Shown here: piece after piece, positions 56,922 through 64,000 of the stretch | How the letters are laid out: each line of letters begins with the position of its first letter | Position numbering within the stretch: position 1 is the stretch's first letter | Assembly: GCA_965248445.1 (NCBI GenBank) | Contig: CBDFJG010000001.1 | Span: 320,001 to 384,000 of the forward strand | Direction: 5' to 3' | From: Planctomycetota bacterium | Lineage (GTDB): Bacteria > Planctomycetota > JAJSAM01 > JAJVHW01 | Length of the DNA: 64,000 nucleotides | Notes under the pieces: generated by a model | Told to the model about the DNA's origin: nothing | Seen by the model: only the letters and a program-made list of their open reading frames with translations | The model's database searches: none | Translations under genes and position numbers: made by a program

Positions 56922-59167
56922 ATGGAGAGCGACGACGAAGCTGGGCGAGGGGAAGGCGTACCCCTGTCGATCGCTCTTTCTGGTGGCGGACACCGTGCGA
57001 CGATGTGGGGTCTCGGAGCCCTCCTGTTCCTGGTCGACTCGGACTTCCACCGCAGGGTCGGCACCATCGCTTCGGTCTCGGGCGGTTCGATTCTGAACGC
57101 GCAGTTGGCCACGTTGGACACCAAGTACAACGCCGTCGACCAGCGCGAGTTCCAGGTGGAGTTGAGCCAGCTCGCGGCGCAGGTCGCGGGATTCCCCGTG
57201 GCGGTTCGGCTGTTCCGGAATCTGCTGGCGGGGTGGATCGCGATTTGCCTTCTGTTCGGCGATTTCCGGGTATTCGAGGACCCGTTTCTAGATCGCCTGC
57301 GCGGGCGGTCGCCAATGGTCTGGCTCGTGTGCGGCTCTACGTGCTTGGGCCTGCTCATTGGCACGAGGGAGGCCTATCGGCGAGCCACCCTCTCGCTCCA
57401 ATACCCGGTGCTGGCGGTCCCGCTGATCGTCGGGCTGTCGCTGTACTGGCCTTTCACGCTCTGGGCGTTCGTCGACCGAGGTCCGGGAGACTGGGGGCTC
57501 ACGTTGCTCATGGGCGTCCTGTTCCCCTCCTACATGGCCGGATCCGTCGCTGCCTACCTTCGCGGGACGTTGTGGAGCTGGTGGGGCATCTGGGTCTTCA
57601 TCGCGATGCTCACCGCAATGGTGTTGACCGCCGGCATGGTGTGGTGGATGGAGTGGTGGCAAGTACTCCCTTGGTCCAACGGAATGCTCCTTGCGTCGGC
57701 CGCGATCGCCGTGGGCGTTGCGTTCATCCGGTCAGCGCGCTCCGCCTTCCACCCCATCGAGACGCGAATCTACGGCGTGCTCCTGTCAATCACCCTGGCC
57801 CTGCTGGCGGTCGCAGCAATCGACGCCGTGGCGTGGCGCCACGAGGCGATCGTCGCAAGGGCGGTGACGTGGCTGGCGTTCGTCCTGCTCATCGCGGAAC
57901 TCGCGTCGGCGAGGAGCTTCCTTGCCGGTCGCGCACTTCGTGCGACGTTCCTCGGTGTTCGACACAAGGCCACCTACGGGGCGGTGCCCGGGGGCCGTCT
58001 CCCGATGCCCGATGCCGAGGATCTCTCAACGCCCTCCCGACCCTGGACCGCGAAGAGTGTGAAACTGGGCGAAATCGGTTCCGAACCGCTTCATGTGTTC
58101 TGTGCTACGGAACTCACAACCGGTCAGCCGATTTTCTTCTCTCGGGACTTCGTCTACAATGACTCGTTCGGCATGGGCAGAGCCCAGAAGATGCCGCTCC
58201 ACGACGCCGTGCAAGCGTCGGCAAACCTCCCAGGTGCATTCGCACCTCGGGCCGTGAAGTCGAGCCTCTTCAACTTCCGTCCGACGACGGCCGACGGAGC
58301 GAGCGATGCCGGAGCGTGGAGTTCCGTTCGACGTCTGTTACTCACGGACGGTGGTGTGTTCAACAACATGGCCGACGACTGGTGCCTACGGCTGCCGGCC
58401 CGAGCCGACGCACTGTTGGACGGCCTGACGCGGCTCCGGAAAGACGGTCTCGCGAGCGAGAGTGAGGTCGCGTCGCTCGTTGACTACGTGCGTCGAGAGT
58501 CCGGCAGACGCGATCTGCTCGTGCTGAACGGCTCAGGCCCTCCAGCCCCGCAGTCCAAGCCCCTGCTGACCATGCCGGGCGTGGGCGAGTTCCGGCACCT
58601 CGGTGCTGCGCTCGAGCTGCTCTATGTTCAGACGAATGCCAACCGGTCGCGAGAGCTCGAGAAGCGCTTCCGCGATCCCGAGGACTCGCTCGGCGGCGCG
58701 ATCATCCGGATCGAACAGAGTCCCTACGATCTCGCGGAGTCTCTTGCGCAGTCGGATCACGTCACCGAGCAGGTGCGACAACGCGCGAACGAAGCGATCG
58801 AGCTGCTGGATCTGATCCAACCCGACGTCTGCCGCCCGCAGAAGTCGTCGGTGCTGGTCCGGATGAGCCCCCGCGTCAGTTCTGGAGGCGAGTCGCCGAG
58901 CACAACTCCCGAGTCGGGACGACGCTCGACCCCCTCGGGCTCGACGTGATTGCGACGCTCCTGCAACACTCGTACGCTCTCACCCTGGTCAACGTGTATG
59001 TCTTGCTAGGGTGGGAGGACATCAAGGCCGGGCTCCCCCCGTACGCCCTGTTTAGGCACTTCGGCACGGGGAAGGGTGGGTGGCAACTCGACGACCCCGC
59101 GAAGACCAACGCGGCCCGCGAGCACCCGGACGACGAGCCACTCTCTGATGCGGTCGCCGCATCGTGA
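56922..59167 (+). CDS. patatin-like phospholipase with inserted multi-TM region, frameshifted near 58829
   Basis: ALSGGGHRA, SVSGGS, ASANLPGAF, LTDGGV; C-terminus FWRRVAEHNSRVGTTL...LLQHSY...VNVYVLLG continues in the -1 frame to TGA 59167. Confidence 0.82.
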
Positions 59168-59340
59168 CGACTCGTCTCGTGTCAGATGGGCACTCGACGC
59201 GCGCGCGCTGAGTCCACGCTCGGGTGGCGGTTCGCGCTTCCCCCGCGCTTCGGAGTGCCGCAAGATCGGTGAAGAGGCCGCCGGGGCGGCGGCAGCACTG
59301 CACTGAACGTGCGCGACGGCGCACGGGGGAGGGCTCCACC

Positions 59341-60267
59341 ATGCGCAAGACCACGCTCGCGGCGTTCGTGACGGTCGCACTCACTGCTTCGTTCGTTACA
59401 CCGACACTGGACACGGCACACGCCGTTAACGGCGACGAGATCGCCAGGGCGATCTCGAAGACGATCAACCGTCGCTTCGGCGCGCTCGTCAAGCGACACA
59501 AGTTGCTGGTCAGCGACCACAAGAAGTTCTTTTCGCAGCAGACGAAGACCATCGTCCAGAACCTGAAGTCATCGGATCCGGACGTGCTGCTCATCTTCTT
59601 CCAGACGGAGAACGCGCTGCAGCAGACGTTCTCTCAGACGACGAACGACACGCGCGGCATGATCGCGAGCCTCGCGAGCATCGTGCTGGAGTTCTACGAC
59701 GACAATCCCACGGCACTCGATGCCGTCCCGGAGCTGAGCGGCGACATGGACAGCCTGCTCGGGGAGGCGATCGAACGTCTGAACCGGAACAACGACAAGG
59801 TGCTGGCCGCCGTCCGGAAGGCGTCCGGAAAGATCGAGAAGACGGCCCGCAAGAACGACGTCCTCATGGACATCGACCTCTTCGACTTCCCCCAGTTCGT
59901 CGCGCCTCAGTTCGACCGCAACAACCAGGCCAGCAGCGGCGCGACACGCAATCGACTGGAGTACTTGTTCCTGACGGACTTCACATTCGAGGGGAACCGA
60001 GTCATCACGGGGACCGGATACACCGGCTACGAATCTCTAGACGGCGACGACATCTGGGCCGGCGTGTTCGACGCCGACAACTCGGAGATCGACAGGATGC
60101 AGCCGTCTCGGCAGCCGGACGGGCTGTTCCAGAGCGTGTTCTCAGGACTCGACTGCGACCCGAAGATCACCGCGTTTGAAATCGAAGAGAGCGAGATCGA
60201 CACCTCCCTGATCTTCGCCGACGGATTCGAGTCGGGCGACGTGTCCGCGTGGTCGAGCGGAAGGTAG
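59341..60267 (+). CDS. exported protein with C-terminal IFADGFESGD.SAWS motif
   Basis: Signal ending AHA; final residues LIFADGFESGDVSAWSSGR. Confidence 0.8.
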   Translation: MRKTTLAAFVTVALTASFVTPTLDTAHAVNGDEIARAISKTINRRFGALVKRHKLLVSDHKKFFSQQTKTIVQNLKSSDPDVLLIFFQTENALQQTFSQTTNDTRGMIASLASIVLEFYDDNPTALDAVPELSGDMDSLLGEAIERLNRNNDKVLAAVRKASGKIEKTARKNDVLMDIDLFDFPQFVAPQFDRNNQASSGATRNRLEYLFLTDFTFEGNRVITGTGYTGYESLDGDDIWAGVFDADNSEIDRMQPSRQPDGLFQSVFSGLDCDPKITAFEIEESEIDTSLIFADGFESGDVSAWSSGR

Positions 60268-60379
60268 CGCCACGCACGACGGCTTCCTCGCGCGCGAGCC
60301 CATAGAACGCGAGACAGTCGCAACCAAGCCGACTTACGGCGCTCGCCCCGGCGGCGGTGGCCGACAAGCGGGCGTGATT

Positions 60380-60499
60380 CCGGTGACAGATTCGTCACGG
60401 TGTCGCACACGCAGGCTGTGGGAGTCAGAACCCCCCGCGCCTTCGGGCCGGTACACCTGGCGGAATCTGTCACCGGTCTCGGTGTGACGGGTCTCGGTA
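60380..60499. repeat. REP-like inverted-repeat unit between convergent genes
   Basis: CCGGTGACAGATTC (60380-60393) / GAATCTGTCACCGG (60463-60476), followed by two GGTCTCGGT copies. Confidence 0.72.
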
Positions 60500-60553
60500 T
60501 GACGCGGTACCGCGCGCGTCTTCTTCTGCGGCCCGCCGGCAGCGGGAAGAGCG

Positions 60554-61405
60554 CTACCGGTCCCAGCTGTAGTCGCTCAGGAAATCGTGCTGCGCGATGC
60601 GTCGCTCGACGTCGCTGCGATCCTCATCGCTCCACTTCGTCTGGTCGCGGGAGCGGTTCGGTGCCGCGTACACGATGCCGGACGCCGCGCGGAGGTACTC
60701 GGGGTCGGCGTCGAGCCCGATGAAGTCGAGGATCCGCGCGATGGTGACGGACGGGTCGACGATCAGGTCCTCATGACGGACGTCGAGAATCTCACCCGGT
60801 CCCGCGACCTCGCGAATCGTGCTGACGGCTCGACACAGGGCGAAGTGACGCTCGATCGTCTCGCGGAGCTCGTCCTTCGGCCGGCGGCGGTGCCGCGTGG
60901 CGATATTGTCGTACGGGTTGCGCACGACGTGCACCATCCGCAGGGGCACACGCACCGTGTCGCGCAGCCGCGCCAGCAACGCCGGGTTCGCGCCGAGACG
61001 CCGCGTCGTGCGGCCGGCCTTCTTGTCCCCGATGACGCGAGTGCCCTCGCTGCGGCCCTGGAACTGACCCGGAACCTCGTAGGAGTAGCCGGTCCACTCC
61101 CGCCCCGACCCCGAGAACTCGGCGGAGTTCGCCGCGATGAGGTGGAACAGCTGCGAGCGTCCGAACCCACGATCGAGGAACCCGACCGCGTCCAGCTCGT
61201 GCGCGATCGTGGCGTGGCGGTGGGCGTCGATGAGCGATCCGACGAGGCTGCTGCCGCTGCGCGGATAGCCGATCAGGAATGCGTAGGTCCGCACGTCCCG
61301 GAAGAGCGCCCGGTCGCGGAGACCGAGCGCAGCGCTGCGCAGATACAGCCGCCCGATGTCGAAGCGGCTGCGCCGCCGGATGCCCGCGAACCGCGGCGCC
61401 TTCAC
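60554..61405 (-). CDS. PAPS-dependent sulfotransferase
   Basis: IGYPRSGSSL (5'-PSB), GDKK, HVVRNPYDNI (3'-PB), VRHEDL..DP; GTGA overlap with the ABC gene. Confidence 0.88.
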   Translation of the reverse strand: MKAPRFAGIRRRSRFDIGRLYLRSAALGLRDRALFRDVRTYAFLIGYPRSGSSLVGSLIDAHRHATIAHELDAVGFLDRGFGRSQLFHLIAANSAEFSGSGREWTGYSYEVPGQFQGRSEGTRVIGDKKAGRTTRRLGANPALLARLRDTVRVPLRMVHVVRNPYDNIATRHRRRPKDELRETIERHFALCRAVSTIREVAGPGEILDVRHEDLIVDPSVTIARILDFIGLDADPEYLRAASGIVYAAPNRSRDQTKWSDEDRSDVERRIAQHDFLSDYSWDR

Positions 61406-64000
61406 ACGCCGTCCCGGCCCTGCCCCATCTGCAGCTCCCACATCCGCTTGAACTGACTGTCCGGATTGTCGAGAAGGTCGGCTGGAGCGCCGGTCTCGAC
61501 GATCTTGCCGTCCCGCATGACGACCACGCAGTCCGCATTGCGGATCGTCGAGAGGCGGTGCGCGACCACAATCACCGTGCGTCCCGACATCAGCTTGTCG
61601 AGAGCGGCCTGGACCTGCTTCTCGGCGTGCGTGTCGAGCGCACTCGTCGCCTCGTCGAGGATCAGTACCGGAGCGTCCTTCAGGATCGCTCGAGCGATCG
61701 TGATGCGCTGACGCTGTCCGCCCGAGACAGAGGAACCGCGCTCCCCCGCCTCCTTCTGATAGCTCCCCTCCATGCCCTTGATCTCGTCGTGGACGAACGC
61801 GTCTACGGCCGCGGCCCGGATCTCCTCACCGGTAGCGTCCGCCTTGCCGTAGCGGATGTTCTCGGCAATCGTGGCGTTGAACAGGAACGCGTCCTGCGTG
61901 ACGACCGCGATGTTCTCCCGCAGGCTTTGCACGCTGTACTCGCGGATGTCGGCGCCCTCGCAGAGGATCGCGCCCTCCGTCGGGTCGTAGAACCGCGAGA
62001 CGAGATCGCAAAGCGTCGTCTTTCCGGCACCGGTCGGTCCGACGACGGCGACGATCTCACCCGCACCGATGGTCAGGTTCACGTCGCGCAGGACGTCCTT
62101 CTCACCGTAGGCGAACGAGACGTCGCGGAACTCGATCCCACGCTTCAGCCGGCCCTGCGCCATCTCGCGCGGTCCGTCCTTCAGTGAGTTCTCGTAGTCG
62201 AGGATCTCGAACACGCGTTCGGTCCCCGGCGTTGCGTTGACGACCGAGTTCGCCGTCTTCGTGAGCTTCTTCGAGGCAGTGTAAGCGCGCTGCACGATGA
62301 CGATGAACGCCGTGACGTCGCCAACCGACACCTGGCCGCCGAGCACCAGGTAGCCGCCGCCGACGAAGATGATCGCGGCGCCGAGGTTCTGCATCAGTTC
62401 GAGCAGCGACTCGGACAGCGCGGACAGTCGATGCACCCGCCGCGCCTCGCCGATGAACCGCTGATTGGCCTTGTCCAGCCGTTCCGCTTCGCGCTTTTCG
62501 CCGACGAAGGCTTTGATGACCTTCACTCCGACGAGCATCTGGAAGATCACGTGGCTGATTTCTGCGAGCAGGACCTGGCGAGACTCCGCACGGCTCTTGA
62601 TCTTCTTCGCGATGCGGAACAGCGGCCAGACCAGGATGGGCATCCCGAGGAGCACGAGCGCCAGTCGCGAGTTGACCACGAATGCCGTGACGACGGCACC
62701 GACCAGTTCGAAGGGCTGGATGGACGCGGTGCCCATCGCCAGATTGATGACCCGCTTCATCGCGGCGGCGTCGCGCTCGATGCGTGCCAACAGGTCGCCG
62801 GAGCGGAAGCGCGCGAAGAACTCGAGCGGAAGCGAGACGATCTTGGTGCCGATCGTCAACCGAATGTCCGCCATCATCGCGGTCGCGTAGTAGTTGTTGA
62901 GGTACTCGCGCGCGTAGTGCGCTCCCGCCAACAGCACCGACATCCCCGCGATGAGTCCGGCGAGTGTCCACAACAGGCCGATCGGGTCGTCGCCGGGATT
63001 GACGAGAACGTCGTCGATCAGCTTCTGGACCAGCAGCACCTTCGTGACGAGGCCCGCCGCGGAGTAGAAGATGCCGAGCACCACGACCCCGACGATGCCC
63101 CATTTGTAGGGCGCCATGAACTGGAAGACGCGGATCAGCACGCCGTACTTCACGCCGCGCCGTTGCAGCGACAGGAAGGTCGTCAGCAGCAGGCAGAGAA
63201 TCCCGAGGCCGAGGGTGAGGTGCCACAGGAAGAGCTGCGCGAACTCCGCACCGAACGCTCGGAGCGGGAGTCCCGCGGCAGACCACGTGGCATCGACGTC
63301 GCGGATCTCGACCAGCGCCCACGTGCCCGGCACGGCGGCAAGTTCGCGCCACGAACCGAATGCCTCGTCGCCGTCCTCCCCCTTGTACCCCCGGGCGTCG
63401 CCGGCATCGCCGTGCGAGATCTGCTTGCGCGCGAACGTCTTTCCCGAACCGCCGAACAGGTTGGTGATGTCGAGCCCGCCACCGTCGTCGCTCTTCGGCG
63501 CGGCTCCGTGGAGGAACAGCGTGCTGCCGTCCGAAGAGACGAGCCCGATGCGTGAGTACCGGCCCTCGCGCTCCGAGGCGGCGGAGGCCGGCAGACCAAC
63601 GGCGGCGTCGGCTTCGAGCCGGTCGATCAGCGCGGAGTGCGCAATGCGTCCGCGGCGGTAGGTTGACGCTGCCTCGCCGGGGACGATCACGTGGATGCCG
63701 TCGCCGGCGAACTGAACGGCCGCGTCTACCCCGGCGATCAGCACCGTTTCGGGGGCCGCGGAGGCAGACACGCTCTCGGCCCAGTCGATGGTCTGAGTGG
63801 GAGGACCGCTCCCGTCCCACGCACGCAGCGCGTCCGCGCCCTCGGAGAGAGTCGCGACGAACCGGTTCTCCAGCGCGTCGACCGCTGGTCCCAGCCCACC
63901 GACGGCGGCGGCGCGCAACGCCTTCGTCTCGTGGTAGTGACCCCAAGCCAGCGCGACGGTGGCCGCCAGGAACACAACGGTGAGGGCGAGGAAGATACGC
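61402..64000 (-). CDS. MsbA-like ABC exporter (TMD + NBD) with large N-terminal extracytoplasmic extension; 5' end beyond the window
   Basis: GPTGAGKTT, VTQD.FLF, SGGQRQR, ILDEATSALD, VAHRLST; six-TM permease preceded by TM, about 240-aa soluble domain, TM. Confidence 0.9.
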   Translation of the reverse strand, partial: RIFLALTVVFLAATVALAWGHYHETKALRAAAVGGLGPAVDALENRFVATLSEGADALRAWDGSGPPTQTIDWAESVSASAAPETVLIAGVDAAVQFAGDGIHVIVPGEAASTYRRGRIAHSALIDRLEADAAVGLPASAASEREGRYSRIGLVSSDGSTLFLHGAAPKSDDGGGLDITNLFGGSGKTFARKQISHGDAGDARGYKGEDGDEAFGSWRELAAVPGTWALVEIRDVDATWSAAGLPLRAFGAEFAQLFLWHLTLGLGILCLLLTTFLSLQRRGVKYGVLIRVFQFMAPYKWGIVGVVVLGIFYSAAGLVTKVLLVQKLIDDVLVNPGDDPIGLLWTLAGLIAGMSVLLAGAHYAREYLNNYYATAMMADIRLTIGTKIVSLPLEFFARFRSGDLLARIERDAAAMKRVINLAMGTASIQPFELVGAVVTAFVVNSRLALVLLGMPILVWPLFRIAKKIKSRAESRQVLLAEISHVIFQMLVGVKVIKAFVGEKREAERLDKANQRFIGEARRVHRLSALSESLLELMQNLGAAIIFVGGGYLVLGGQVSVGDVTAFIVIVQRAYTASKKLTKTANSVVNATPGTERVFEILDYENSLKDGPREMAQGRLKRGIEFRDVSFAYGEKDVLRDVNLTIGAGEIVAVVGPTGAGKTTLCDLVSRFYDPTEGAILCEGADIREYSVQSLRENIAVVTQDAFLFNATIAENIRYGKADATGEEIRAAAVDAFVHDEIKGMEGSYQKEAGERGSSVSGGQRQRITIARAILKDAPVLILDEATSALDTHAEKQVQAALDKLMSGRTVIVVAHRLSTIRNADCVVVMRDGKIVETGAPADLLDNPDSQFKRMWELQMGQGRDGV

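Noticed and set aside
56922..59167. CBASS or other named defence system around the patatin
   Set aside because: No CD-NTase, STAND NTPase or other defence partner is recognisable nearby
1..64000. Global reassignment of TGA to Trp/Gly (genetic code 4/25)
   Set aside because: Many well-recognised genes (pcm, ligase, sat/cysC, SDR, transposase) end at TGA at the expected length, and Trp is encoded by TGG

Overview
High-GC bacterial chromosomal segment, probably Planctomycetota-like (inferred from HEAT-repeat proteins, an ECF sigma factor with a long C-terminal extension and many exported proteins). It carries about 57 genes, and I saw no rRNA, tRNA or CRISPR array. Main points: (1) Three genes are split by a single in-frame TGA that the ORF track treats as a stop. 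One is an AhpD/CMD peroxidase (CYYU, a known selenoprotein type). The other two are signal-peptide-bearing thioredoxin-like proteins that share a U-P-G context; one has a clear SECIS-like GTT-loop hairpin like the AhpD gene. These two are candidate exported selenoprotein families. (2) An NHEJ cluster in which LigD has lost its ligase lysine and OB-fold, next to Ku, a stand-alone ATP-dependent ligase and a translationally coupled BRCT-MerR HTH-TPR protein. (3) A membrane-anchored ECF sigma factor followed by a sigma-less paralog of its C-terminal domain. (4) A c-heme DUF3365 protein coupled to a NarX/PilJ-FixL-type PAS kinase, whose 3' end is formed by a 73-bp copy of the TPR gene. (5) An MsbA-like exporter with an extra Cache-like N-terminal domain, coupled to a sulfotransferase. 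Also present: an intact IS1380 with a CTAG duplication, a MarR/NmrA pair with twin operators, a dispersed REP-like repeat (CCGGTCTCGGTA) and four beta-helix paralogs. Several single-base frameshifts may be sequencing errors. All family assignments come from motif recognition by eye, not database searches.
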